Below, in pieces: positions 50,438 through 63,135 of a stretch of DNA of 64,000 nucleotides. A program made the translations under genes and the position numbers. Within the stretch, counting starts at the first letter, position 1. Every line of letters starts with the position of its first letter. Source of the stretch: Azolla caroliniana (taxonomy: Eukaryota; Plantae; Polypodiophyta); the NCBI GenBank assembly GCA_043228905.1, contig JBHGNT010000013.1, positions 20,274,001 to 20,338,000 on the forward strand, written 5' to 3'. The notes beneath the pieces were generated by a model that searched no databases, had not been told where the DNA came from, and worked only from the letters and a program-made list of their open reading frames with translations.

Positions 50438-51811
50438 GGCTCCTCGAGCCTCCTCGCCGGGACCGGCCCTGACCCCGACGAGCTTTCGTCGCTCCAATCG
50501 CGTCGTTTGTCGAAACGGCTGCAGACCCGTTTTACCACGGCCCAGTCTGCCGTGAACCCTTCGTCCGTTTCCAACAGGGGAGCCACCCTTCCCCTGTCGA
50601 GCGCGTCCATCGACTTGACAAACAGTAGTACTCGACTCGTTTCGAGCACTGTCCGGTCCAACGTCGACAGCCGCGCGAACCGTTTTTCGAACTCCTGGAG
50701 GAGCGCCGACGTGTTCCTCACTTTGCCGGGGCTTTCCACCCACACCATGAAGTTCCGCCTCGACAGCCAAAGCGAGTCGTCAAACCCGTACTTCTCGAGG
50801 AGCTGCAGCTCGAACTCCTCCCAAGTCTGGCATCCGGCCAGCATCTCGAGCACCTCCGCGTGGATGCTCGGTGTCACCACCCGAGGGAATCCGGACAACC
50901 GCCTGTCCACCGGGATATCCCTCATGATCATTTCAGCCCGATAAGCCTCCAAATAACTTGTGGCGTCTTTCCCTCCGAACCGGCCTATAGTGCCGACGAT
51001 CGATTCAATGGCTCTGTCGAGGGTACCCGTCCCCTCACAAGCGCTTACCAGCCGGTCGACGGCTACCGCCATCGCCTCTACTAGCTCCGATCCCCTCATC
51101 TTTCGACTCCTTTGCCACCTTTTCACGTCGGGTTCACCAAAGATGTCGCGTTGATATGCGCGTGCGTGTAGAAAGAGGCGGGACCACGGGGGCCTTGAAC
51201 CGAGGAGAGAGAGAGAGAGAGAGAAGAGAAGACTTGCAGATACACAAAGGGAGAAGGAAAGAGAAAGAAACGACACTCTTCATTACAGTAACTGTCGATT
51301 ACAATATCCAGAGATTGTAAACTCTGACGATTAAAACCGGCAAGGCGACGATGGTCCCGACATGGGGATCCTACTCACGCACACAGACAGAACACACTCG
51401 ACTCAAAGAAACAAAAGGGGGAGAGCCTCTTTTGGAAGCACACGGGCTGTCAACGAAGCAGAGGCAACGAACTCCCGACAGCCACAGATATCGACAATCG
51501 GAGGAAAAGAGAGAGCTCGGTACTCCGTTCTGCAGTAGCACTTCGTCCTTGCCAACGTGCGATTCCTTTCTTCCTCCTTCTCTCCCTCCTTAAATAGTTC
51601 ACAATTCTTCCCTAGTCAAATTGCTTTATTCCATATCCCTTTCCACAGAGATACGCACAATCCCCTAATAAATGTATACTACCTAGTATTTACATCAGCC
51701 GACCCAATTATGAATCATGTACAAAATATAAATTCACACGTCCATCCGTGTAAGAGCCGGTTCATGCGCCTTTTTCTCCGATTCCGCCTATGGCTGGTTT
51801 TCTTCACGGCA
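50438..51811 (-). mobile_element. Truncated Gypsy G (5' LTR 51144-51811, PBS-Trp, gag N-terminus), E/F family
   Basis: gag MRGSELVEAMA.. is homologous to E/F. The LTR starts TGCCGTGAAGAAAACC and is flanked by ACGC at 51812-51815. Confidence 0.9.
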
Positions 51812-52779
51812 ACGCCCCCTCAAGCTCAAGTGTGAGGCGTCCAACATCCGCTTTGGCTTTCGTCGGCTTCCGTCCGGCGTTTGGCTTTCTTCGTCGTAGC
51901 AATCTTGGTTCCTCTCCCTCAAGCTGGTGACGAAGGCTTGTAGAGTGTGGGCGAAGGCTAACTACTTCCACCCATCGTGGGTTACGAGCCACTTCAGTAG
52001 AGCTCTCGAGCTCTTGTTCGGCCGCTACGTTCATCACAAAGGTATAATGATGGGCCTTGTACTTGTTGTAGCTGAGCCGAGTGAGAAGATTCTTCTCTTT
52101 AGAAGAGTTTCGCTCGCCGATGTGAGCACATTCTTTACTCCGGGTGTCCGCATGATGGGTACACCAAACTCACTGTCTAGTAAGGAAGCCGACACATCCG
52201 AATCACTGTCGTCGGGGTGGTCGACTTCATATTTGGGCATCTTACCTTTGCCTTTGTCCAAGTTCGTACTTGGCCGTGACGTGCTTCGGTCGCTCGGGGG
52301 CTCTTGTGCGCACTAAGCCATTTCGTAATCGGGCTTTCTTTAAACATGCGTGTAAGCCGATCTTCGGCTTCTATCTCTATTCCAACGAATTCCGGGTCGA
52401 GCAAAGTCGGAGTTGAAGTTGTCATTGGTGTGTACCAGGATGTGGACTCATCGAAAAGGACGTCGACTTTCTTCGAACATGCGTGTAAGCCGATCTTCGG
52501 CTTCTATCTCTATTCCAACGAATTCCGGGTCGAGCAGAGTCGGAGTCGAAGTTGTTGTTGGTGTGTACTAGGATGTGGACTCATCGAAAATGACGTCTCG
52601 ACTTACTCGAACCGCTCGGGTCGAGGGGTTAAAGCAATTGTATGCCTTCTTCTCAGACGAGTATCGTACGAGGATACATTTCTCCGACTTCGCGTCGGGC
52701 TTCTATCATTGTTCGTTCGGGATGCGTACATTTGCAATGCTTCCAAACACCTTGAGGTGCGACAGGATCAACTTCCTTC

Positions 52780-53231
52780 TGTCATGATATGGCAAGAATC
52801 GAACCCATGACCTTATGTTACATGGGTCGATCTCTTGAGCATTAGACTATAAGTTGTAATACGAAGGATATTATTTTCATTCAAGTTTTACTGTAGAAAA
52901 TTGATGTATATTCCAAATTTCTCTGGAACATTCTAGAAACTTCAGGAGTACTCCTGAGAACACTATAAAAGGAGGCACAAGGCATTATTTTGAACCAAAT
53001 CGGTTCAACGCCAGTCTTAAGCCTCCTAGCTACTATTGTATATTCCCTTAACATAATATATATCTTTTATTATCCTCATTCTCTCTCTCTCTCTTTCTCT
53101 CACTCACTCTTTCCTTCTCTCGAGAGTTCTACACCTACCTTAGTACTAATCCTCATCTTTTAGTACTAATTCCTTCTCTTTTTTAGTACTGTTCCTGATA
53201 GTACTTCTCTATCTTAGTACTGCTCCTAACA
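52780..53231 (+). mobile_element. Solo LTR of a chromovirus related to C
   Basis: TGTCATGATATGGCAAGA...CTAACA termini. TSD CCTTC at 52775-52779 and 53232-53236. Homologous to the C LTRs. Confidence 0.92.
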
Positions 53232-54542
53232 CCTTCCGACGAGGAGCTCGTAATGAGTTAGCTCATGCACTCCATTAGTGGTGCATCGATTCATGAGATA
53301 GACGGCCGTGGATGCCACTTCGGCCCTATAGAAGTTCGGCATGTGCTTCTCATGCAACATGGCTCGTGCTCCCTCGAATATTTGCTGATTCTTCCTTTTG
53401 GGGACTCCATTTTGTTAGGGTGTGTGTCGGCCCGAGAATTCTCTCCGAATGCCTTCACTTTGGAGGTAGGAGATGAATTCATCGGAGAAGTACTCCTTTC
53501 CTCCGTCCAATCGTAGGCATCAAATGTGCCGATCGGTTTCTTTTTCGACTTGACCCTTGAGCTTTTGGAAGTGGGAGAACACTTCGGATTTTTCTTCATC
53601 GGGAAGATCCACGCGTAGCGCGAGTAGTCGTCGATGAAGGTGACGTAGAATGTATGACGTTGAGGAGGCCTTTGCTTCCATGGCTCTCCTTCGGAAATGG
53701 GAGTCGATATTGTTTGCTAAGTTGTAATGCTTCGCATACTCGGTCAACTCATTTCGACTCGAATGCCGGAAGTCTGATGAAGACTCCCTTTGATTGCATT
53801 GCTCGAAGCCATTGGAGGTTTAAGTGGCCGATTCTTTTGTGCCACAACTCAACGCTTGTCTCGGTTTTGAGACCTTTGGCATACATGGACGATTTCACCT
53901 CGTTCAAATCGAGGATGAACATTTGACCGTCTCTCCGTTCCTTGGCTATGAGTCGGCCATCTTTCTTGATGAAACAACCTTCGTTGTTGAAGTGGACTTG
54001 CATGCCTTGCTCCACGATTTGGCCGACTAAGACCAGATTCTTTGTTATTGTGGGTACGTGCAAGACATTCTTGATGCAAGTTTGCTCGCCTTCTTTCCCG
54101 AATGGGACATTGCCGATGTGCTGAATGGGATGTGTGGTGTCGTTTCCCGTCTCTATGAAGCCGGGTCGGTCCGGCGTTTGTAAGTCACGAAACCACTCTT
54201 GGTGTGACATCATATTATGTGAGGCGCCGGAATCGACGAACCACATGTCTTCTGAATTGGAGGTGCTTACGGAGTTGGAGGCCGACATAGAGTTCGCTCT
54301 ATGCCTCATTACGAATAGTCCGCCGTACTCGTCGTATTTGGAGTTGGTGGCATAATTCGTGAGTTGTCAACTTGTCGAAGCCGACTTGCTTCTTCTTTTT
54401 CAGCACTCCTCCTCGCGGTGGCCAATTTTCCGCAATAGTTGCAAGTTGTGGGCCTCATTTGACGACCTTGTTGGGCATGGAAGCTCCGCCGTCTTCCGAA
54501 GGTTCCTCGATGGCTTCCGTGAAGGTTTGAGTTCCTTTATGG

Positions 54543-54665
54543 CCTTGACCTCGTCCTTGGCCACCATCCGAATCGACCTCTTCTATCACCTTGACCTCAT
54601 CCTCGGCCACCATCTGAATCGACCTCTTCTATCACCTTGACCTCGTCCTCGGCCACCATCCGAAT
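54543..54665. repeat. ~46-bp tandem repeat (~2.7 copies) in the RG-rich region of H gag
   Basis: CCTTGACCTCRTCCTYGGCCACCATCYGAATCGACCTCTTCTATCA repeated in tandem. Confidence 0.85.
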
Positions 54666-55103
54666 TCAAGAAGAACATTTGTCCTTCCTATGTCTTGGTT
54701 TTGGTTTGGACGTGGTTCTCTTCAACCATTAGTATTGATTGAAGGTCGAAGAACGAAGGAGGGTTTTCCCTCACCAAGATTGCCGTCCTCAACGAGTCGA
54801 ATTGTTGTGAGAGGCCGCCCAAGCATAGTTGAACCATCTCGTCTTCGTCAACGTTTATTTTGGTGGAGCCAAGTGAGTCATAAATGCTCTTGATCTTGGT
54901 GGTGTAGTCCGACACAAACATGTCTTTTTGCCGAATGTTGTTCAACTCTTGTCGGTGTTGAAGCTCTCAGACGGTTGTGTTCTCCCACACCTCTTTGGGC
55001 GTCTTGGCGTCTCGAATGTGGCTAAGCATGTGGTCGTGGACACATGTTGCCAAGCAATACATGACTCGACTTGCCGCTTGCTCCCATGTCGAGTAGTCAA
55101 CAT

Positions 55104-55706
55104 TGTCGTGGAATCCTGCCTTGCATGTCAGATCCAGGCGGGACCACTGGGGTCATGGACTAGGAGGGGAGGAGTTTTCGGAAGGCCGATCGGTTCCGGA
55201 TGGTGTTCGGGGAAGATCGACCCGGACGGTTTTGGATGCATTCCGGAAGCAACCCGAACTCTTGAAGGAAGAGAGCGTGTGTGCCTGTATATACAAGGGC
55301 CTTAGAAGAACCACGGGCCACGACCTGGTTAACCGCGTCCGCGCTCATGCACGTACACATATACACACCGGCTACAACCGGCACACCAAACCAACACCTA
55401 GCACCCAACACACACATCTGCACTTAGGCACGGGAGACCCCTAAGCTAACCCCCGAAACACACCCTTATATATATAGATATAGATAGGTGTATGTACATA
55501 GCACGTTGCAACACCAGCTAAGCCGGTTTCACCACAGAGACAAAGAGAGCGCATTCATCCCAAAACCAGTCGGGAGCTCACAGGCTCTCCAGCGAGACTG
55601 GAGTCTCGTGCAGGCCACGCCTCTTTCGGAACAACAGTCTTCTGTCGCCAAGCCGCCAATTGGGGAGCACTCGGGCTCGCCTATGCGAGTGGGGATCCTG
55701 CACGAG

Positions 55707-55754
<48 letters not shown>

Positions 55755-56233
55755 GAGGACCGATGCCTTCGAGTGCTCGGGCTCGTCACGAACAACAACA
55801 ACATAGAGACAACATCAACCCTAATAGAGAATAGAGACCGAATAGAACAGAAGAGAGGGCTCCCAACTCTAGCCTCACAACACGAAGCTTAGTGTACAAG
55901 ATAAAACCCTAGACGAACAAAATGGAAACAAACTCTATTATGAAGAAACCAAAAAATGGAACCTGCTAAAGGGGACCTATGGAGCCTCAAATTGAGGAAC
56001 CCTTTTACAAGGGATGCTCCCTTCATTTTATAGAACAAGGAGAGGGATGCGTAACAATGTGGGATAAATCTCGCTATACATGGGATCCTGTGTCCCGAAT
56101 TAACTCATGTTCGACGCCATAAAGGCACCCCTATTATATTGCACGTATACACAAGGGTGGTTGCCCATGCTGCACCCCGCCAATGTTCCCATTATTCCCG
56201 GTTTTCTCGCTAAGGCCGAGAATCTTCACGACA
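55104..56233 (-). mobile_element. Solo LTR (1130 bp) of the E/F/G superfamily inserted in H gag
   Basis: 7-bp terminal inverted repeat TGTCGTG/CACGACA; starts TGTCGTGAAGA like E/F. 4-bp TSD ACAT (55100-55103)/ACGT (56234-56237). The H gag frame ..PDPKN|VDYSTWEQ is restored on removal. Confidence 0.85.
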
Positions 56234-57187
56234 ACGTTCTTTGGGTCGGGTCGGTTTTCTTGAGCGTCGTTGATGTAGCTCCAATACCCTTGGCCAACAA
56301 GGTATTAGTTCATCTTGTACTCCCAAGATAAATAATTGCTCTGGTCTAGCTTTTCACTAGGGAGCAAGCTAGCTACCCATTTGTGTGTTCATTTTGATGT
56401 AATGTCTTTCTTTTTCGATTTCCTTCCTTTGGTCACATACACGTGCTACGTAGCGGCACTATGGTAGTGGATGGCCGGCTTTTGTCGTCGGCGTCTCGAA
56501 CACACAATCACGGAGTTAGGTGGGCTTAGTGGATTTTCTAAACCACACGCTCTGATACCATGTTAAGAATTAGGTGATTAACTACGGGTTAATTAGTACC
56601 TAATTATGTGATTACGCTAAGCGGAAGATTATGTGATATGTGTGTGAGAGGAAGATACACTTATGAACAACACAAGATGGGGGACGATTAACTCTATATT
56701 TTTCCATAAAAAATATGCTCCATTGGTATTAAAATTAACAATGCCAAAGGCAATCTACAAATTGTACATAATAGTTTCCACTCCATAAGTATATATCGTA
56801 AAAAAAAGGGACCAAATAAAGATGGCATTTGTTATGGCCTCTAAAAAACATCATGTTGCAGCCAACATTGGCTGAATGTGATTCCACATATACTGAAGCT
56901 CTTTAGTATACCCATATTCAACCTATAAACAAATTCCTGCGGTCCAAGTGAATACATATGTTGGTGGTATTCATGGCTAGTAGTCTAAAAACTCCATGTT
57001 TGCATTTGGTTCCGCATGTACTAAAGTTGTTCACTATCACCTGGTTGTCCAATAGCTGTTCCCGTTCCTTGGCCTTTAATTTTCCTTTGTGAATGTCCTT
57101 TTGTACCACTTAGGTAATACAAAACTGCTCTCTCCAATCAAGCCATTGAGGTAATCTGCTACTTCTTGGCCGTAGTCTTCTTCAAGC

Positions 57188-58183
57188 CACTCGTGATGAT
57201 TGGCTTCGACCCTCCCCACCATCTTCACTCATCCTCACCACAAATATTTCTTCCTTTAGTCGACATCAGCCATCTCACCGATTAACCTGGTTCCAATGTC
57301 CACGCATATCCTGTATAATCAACAAAAACTTAGGTTAAAACATGTCCTCACCCACTCCTGCACATTGGCTTCGACCCTCCCCACCATCTTCACTCATCCT
57401 TAACACAATAATTCTTCATTCAGTCGACATCAGCCATCTCACCAAATACCACGGTGGCAATGTCCACGCATATCCTGTATTGATCAACACAAAATTAATG
57501 TAAACATTTCCTCACCCACTCGTTATAGTCGGCTTCACCCTCCCCACCATCTTCACTCATCCTTAACACAAAAATTCTTCATACAGTCGACATCAGCCAT
57601 CTCACCAATTAACACGGTGGCAATGTCCACGCATATCCTGTATTGATCAACACAAAATTAGTGTAAACATTTTCTCACCCACTCGTTATAGTCGGCTTCA
57701 CCCTCCCCACCATCTTCACTCAACCTTATCACTTTCACACAGAAAATTTCTTCGTTCAATCCACATCAACCGTCTAGCCAATTATCGTCATGACCAATGT
57801 CCACGAAAAAACCTGTATCAATAACAAAACAGTTAATCTCAAAGTTTCCTCACTCATGATAGATGGCTTCGACCCCCCCGCCATCTTCCCTCATCCTTAT
57901 CACAAAACAAGAAATTCTTCATTCAGTCCACGTCAGCCCTCTTGCCGATTAACATCTTGCACTGTTGACGAAAAACCTGTATTAAAAACAAAAATTAGTG
58001 TAAAAATTCCCCACCCACTCACGATTGTCGACTATGACCCCGCCACCATACCCCATCCTTTTCTCTTACACATTCTTCCTTCTTTCCACATCAGCCCTCT
58101 CGTCGATTAGCTTGTTGCCAATGTCCGTGGAAAACCTGTATTTACAACACAAAAACAGTTTACACTTTCCTCACGCACTCATC
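57188..58183. repeat. Six diverged ~164-bp tandem units in the L1 3' region
   Basis: GGCTTC(G)ACCCTCCCCACCATCTTC-like motifs at 57202, 57367, 57531, 57694, 57865 and ~58030. Confidence 0.92.
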
Positions 58184-60073
58184 CTAAACGGCTGTGTTCA
58201 ATATAAATGGCGCTGGTGGCGGAAACAACCATCGAGGTGGAACATAATTCCACTTTACATCTTCCCCTGTTGCATCCAAAAAAATAGGAATGGTTGACCA
58301 GACTCTTCTAAGTCGCTTTCTTTTCCGGTTAGGCCCATTTCCACAACCCTTATAGCTATCATATTCACCTTTAACTATATTTACCAATAATTCCCAGAAA
58401 GATTTAACTTGATCCACAACATTAGTATCTTCATCATTATATATTTTAGAACACCTTGCTTTCCAAATAATCCATAAGGCCAACGAGGAAATAAAGTTCC
58501 AAACATAACACCTAGAAAAGAACTTGACTCCCTGCAAGGAGCTATTCGTAACGTACACCTGAAAACTTTTCACATGTAAAGTCAATGATGAATTATGATA
58601 ATGATAAAAAACAGTTTCTTGATCCAACGTACCCCAAAAGATTGTACCCCACGTGAATTTAGTAGCCCTATACTTACGACTTAAAAGCCTAAGAATACGA
58701 GCCCAAAAACATTTGGCCGTAACACATTCCCAAAAAGCATGATGTAATGTCTCATATGCCCAGCCACACCTACCACATGATCGATCAGGTATTGTTCCCC
58801 TCAATAAAGCTCCTACTGGCAATGCATAATGAATCATTAACCATCGAAAGTGCAATACCTTGTTCATACATTTAAGCGACCAAAGGTGTTTCCAAAACTT
58901 CAACATATATGTAGATGAGACATTACCTTCCTCCCAATATTTTTTTCCTGCCGGAATTGACTCTATCTCATTTAACAAAAACTTCCTACCCAGTGACACA
59001 GAATATGCAAAAAATGGAAGAACTTTCTCTTGCGTACTATCAGACATTGGTAACTTCCAACCATAATCTAATGGATCCCACTGCAAATCAACAATTGGTC
59101 TAGAATTTAAAACCCATATATGAGATGAATACTTAGCAATTAGTGGATTAGGATCTATAAATATCTTTTTTCCCAACCTAGCTATTACTCTCACTGGCAG
59201 CTGCCTGGCAGAAGACACAATTGAAGACTCCTCCTCCACTACCAACAACCTACCATTATCGCAAACTTCATAAAAGTAAAGGCTACCATTTTGAGTATAC
59301 AGACGAGCTCCTATTAGTATATTTAATCTCGAAAACATACCATACCAATTCAAACAATGACCAAAACTCAAAGTTGGTAATGTTACCTGATACACCGTTG
59401 ACACTTGAGTTATCATAATGTTTGCCCCTCTGAAATTAGACACCCTACACTTTTGGTCTTGCACTGAAGTCTGCAGGAAAGCAATCCAATCCGCAACCGT
59501 ACGAGCTGGTCCATTATCCATTGCAGCCCAAGATAACCTAGGTCGTAAACCTAAGACACATGCCGCTTCATCAGTAAACAAAGGATTCCATAACAACGGC
59601 TGACGCATTAATTGATGATATGTTTTTGGTGGCAAAAAAACCAGCGCTCGACGAATACTTTCCCATGCCCTTAGAATGCCATTAAAAAAACTAAAGGACC
59701 CAACTGTCGATTTAGACAGCGGAAAATCTGAATTAAAGAACCATCTAAGACTATCACGCCAATTACCACCAACCGATGGTTTTAATTTATATAAATGACA
59801 CATCCAAAACTTTTTCCATAACTCTTGTCCAGGCAATAAACACCTAACAACATGTTTAACAAGTAATGCTTTACTTTGCATGAAAGGATCAATCAAACCT
59901 AAACCTCCTTTATGTTTGGGTTGTATAAGAACCGACCAAGCTACCTTTGCTATAGTATTGTGTACCGTATCATTTCCCCAAATAAAATTCCGTACTAGAC
60001 GTTGAACTCTAAGCATAATGGACCTAGAAAACAACCATGTAGAGGCTATATACCAAACAGATGATAAAAGCAC
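58184..60073 (-). pseudogene. L1 ORF2 C-terminal portion (post-RT region and zf-RVT CCHC)
   Basis: FIWG..KVAWSVL.QPKHKGGLGL and CGRCGWAYETLHHAFWEC; 629 codons open but 5'-truncated. Confidence 0.9.
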
Positions 60074-60462
60074 ATAATATTTGGAATAAGTATGTCTATT
60101 CGCATGATTGTGCAGATCCAGTGTTCAAAATGCTATTAGGGAAATACAACAATTTTTCCACTATAAGGCCAAACTCTATATTAAATTAGCATCATCATCA
60201 TCATCAAATACAAAAATACCCACAATGAGGTATATATACATCTCATGTGCAAAGGTGCACATGTGTGAGTAGAATATAGGTACTAAGGTGTAAGTCCTAT
60301 ATTAAATGTACTTAGGAGTGGAGGATCTAGAATATCCCACTTAAGTACAAGGTCCTATTTAAGGCATTATAGTCAACACTCCTAACTAGATTCTATCTAC
60401 GTAACTATGAAGTTACTTGGTTGACTAAATAACTAAACTAAGTTGAGCTTGATCTCTCAATA

Positions 60463-61640
60463 GTACGCTATGGCATGCAAACGACGGTATATTGGATATG
60501 CGGTCGGAGTGGTCAACTGGTTTATGAGCAATTCGGGAAGAGAACACTGGGCCACTGTCAAGTGGATACCCCGGTACCTGAAAGGGACCTCGAGCATGTG
60601 CCTCTGATTCGGTTCCAGTAAGCCCTTATTGGAAGGCTTCACCGATTGAGACATGTCGCTGATGCAGATACCAAACGATCTATATCCGGAGATGTTATGA
60701 CATATGCAAGGGGAGCCGTATCGTGGTAGTCGAGGCTGGAGAAGTTCGTTGCACTGTCGACAATGGAAGTGGAGTACATTGCAGCCTATAAAGCTGGCAA
60801 GGAAGTAATCTGGATGAAGGACTTCATCGGAGAGTTAGGGATCTGGCAGGAGGAATTCCGACTCTATTGCGACAGTCAAAGTGCTATCCACGTCGCGAAG
60901 AATGCGGCTTACCATTCTTGGACCAAGTACATCTAGAGAAGATACCATTGGCTCCAGGAGAAAGTAGAAGACACAGATTTTTCGTTGACGAAGATCCACA
61001 CGGAGGAGAACAGGTCTTGACCAAGGTGCTAGCTACCGACAAGCTGGACGCCTACCGGAAACGGATCGGATTGACAAGCCATCCCATGCTGGAGTGAAGG
61101 GGTAGTTAGTTGGGAATTCGGTCCCTCCAAATGGGATCCATATGAGAACCGGCCGAGCCAAATTGGACGAGTTGAAGGAACCAGACCGGATGGATCCGGA
61201 AGGTATCCAGCCAGATCCGGTGGTGAACAAGAGAAGACACATATTTATAAATATGTTCCTATGTGCCGTTGTGGTCATACTTGTAAATATCTTGAAAAGT
61301 TATATGAGTATAAATATAACTTAGGGCAATCATGTTGTGTGTGTTATCATTATTGTTGTACAAAGAGATATATATATATAGAGAGAGTGAGAGAGTGAGA
61401 GTGAGAGAGAGAGAGACAAAAAGATTTTTCTGTTGAAACTGCCTGTTGGCGAAGATACAGAGCTCCATGTCGTTACCTTTGAGTCCCATTCTGTTGTACC
61501 CTTCTCTTATAGTGATAGTTGGAGTCTATGGGCTCCCGTGGTTTTTCCCTATTAGGGTTTTCCACGTTAACATCTGGTGTCGTCTTATTTCTATTTTTCT
61601 ATTTTTCATTGAGTGATTGAGGCTTGGTTGTGGCCCAACA
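60463..61640 (+). mobile_element. Copia fragment I (RT end/RNase H remnant, PPT, 3' LTR ~61108-61640)
   Basis: Remnants of VALSTMEVEYIA and YCDSQSAIHVAKN. GGAGTGAAGGGG PPT. The LTR ends CCCAACA and carries a Tnt1-like CCCGTGGTTTTTCCC..GGGTTTTTCCACG motif. Confidence 0.85.
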
Positions 61641-63135
61641 CTATTCCGCACATCAAGCTCAACTTGAGGTTCTCCTTTAGTCAGCATCTGATTCTTCCTA
61701 GCATCCCCACGCCTTCCTCATGCTCCTCGTCTGGCTTGGTTCTGCGTCCCTCGACCCCTCCGGTCCTTCATTTCTCGACCCCTCTGGTTTTGCGCATCTC
61801 GACCCTTCCGGTCGGCTTTTCTGTTCATAAGACCCTTGTCAACTACCTCGCTATTGCGACTTCGGCGCTCATCGACCTGACAATTGCATTGTTCCGGTGT
61901 TAGCTTGGCTGCCCTTTCGTCCACTCGATCTTTATATGATTCGACTCGTCTGAATTAATTTTTTTGACCGAATTAGCTGTCTGTGATTCTTCATCTGCCT
62001 TCACGCTCTTGACCATATTCAACCATGTCTTGGTTCTAGCCTCTCTGCCCTTCCTAGCTTTACCTCCCCCTTGTTCGGTTAGCTCGGGTTCGGGATCATC
62101 CCCTCGGCTCCCCCTGTATCCATCTTCGGCTTCTTCAGCCGACCCGAAGTCGAACTCTTCATCCAACTCAGCCTTCTAGTATCTTCCACTCCTTTCACTA
62201 TGTCTCCCCCTTAATTTCGGCACGTCGAGGTGTTGCAAACCAAGCACACTCGAAAATTGCCGCAACTTGTCTAGGCCAAGGGGTTTGGTGAAGATATCAG
62301 TAGTCTAATGATCCGTTAGAACATACACCAGGTCAACTTCACAGGAAAGGACTTGCTCACGGACAAAATGATTATGTGCTTGGTCCGGGTGTGGAAGACG
62401 GGGTTCTTCGTAAGTTGGATGTTGTTGAGGTTGTCGTAGTAGATTGTTGTCGGATCAGACACCTCCACCTGCATATCCTTCAATAGCCGTTTGAGCCACA
62501 TGGCTTCACACGTCGCGATAGCCGCTCCTCGATACTTGGCCTCCGTGCTCGACAACGCAATTGTCAGCTGCTTCTTGCCGCTCTAGGCGATCACGACACT
62601 TCCAAGTGAAAATGTGAAGCCTGAAGTAGAGTTGCGATTGTTGGCGTTTCCGGCCCAATCGACCTCTGTGTAGCCGACTAACTATTCGGCAATACCAACC
62701 CAATACAACAATCCCCTGTCCTTAGTGCCGCTGACATACCTGAGTATTCGTTACGCGCAATGAAGGTGCTCCACGGTTGGATGCGCCATGAATTGACTAA
62801 TCAAGTCGATCGGATAGCTGAGGTTCGGCCGGGTGATGATCAGGTATATAAGGCTTCTGACTATCTCTTGGAACCTTTTCGGGTCGCATGCCGTTCCGGA
62901 GTCAGGGCGAACCTTCACATTCTTATCCAGATGAGTTGAGACGGATTTGTATTCCATCATTCTGAACTTGAAGAGATGGTTGATCACTTCGATACCAAGG
63001 AAGTAATGAAGGTCCCCTCGATCCTTCATGTCGAATGATGCCGCTAACAGGGACTTGATGCGACCGATTTCTTCTTGGTCGGCACTAGCGATAACTAAAT
63101 CATCAACGTAAAGCAAAATACTAACCGGCCCACTC
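61641..63135 (-). mobile_element. Copia fragment J (B-related; RT end, RNase H, C-terminal extension)
   Basis: LYVDDL, FDMKD.GDLHYFLG, SSTEAKYR and DIFTKPL; the extension EFDFGSAEEAE is homologous to B. Confidence 0.88.

Larger units (their letters stand above)
56701..60171 (-). mobile_element. 5'-truncated L1-type LINE inserted in the 5' LTR of H
   Basis: TSD AACTCTATATT at 56690-56700 and 60172-60182. ORF2 C-terminal half is present, with a short A tail. Confidence 0.82.
51812..60378 (-). mobile_element. Ty1/Copia element H (B-related), RT-RH deleted, hosting two solo LTRs and an L1
   Basis: PBS-iMet 56549-56560; 5' LTR 56561-56700 + 60172-60378. The gag is homologous to B, and WFVDSGASHNM and INT remnants are present. 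PPT at 51816-51830. Confidence 0.82.

Noticed and set aside
55503-55513. A second ACGT-flanked LTR boundary implying two abutting solo LTRs
   Set aside because: The junction lacks a clean CA-TSD-TG arrangement. One 1130-bp solo LTR with a 7-bp TIR and ACAT/ACGT TSD is simpler.
56561-56740. Short 180-bp LTR ending TTAACA at 56740
   Set aside because: The 11-bp TSD indicates an L1 begins at 56701 and the LTR resumes at 60172.
57188-58183. CRISPR-like array or exon-intron repeat gene
   Set aside because: Whole units are homologous with no unique spacers, and the context is eukaryotic. The putative introns are ~41 nt and the putative exons I translated contain stop codons.
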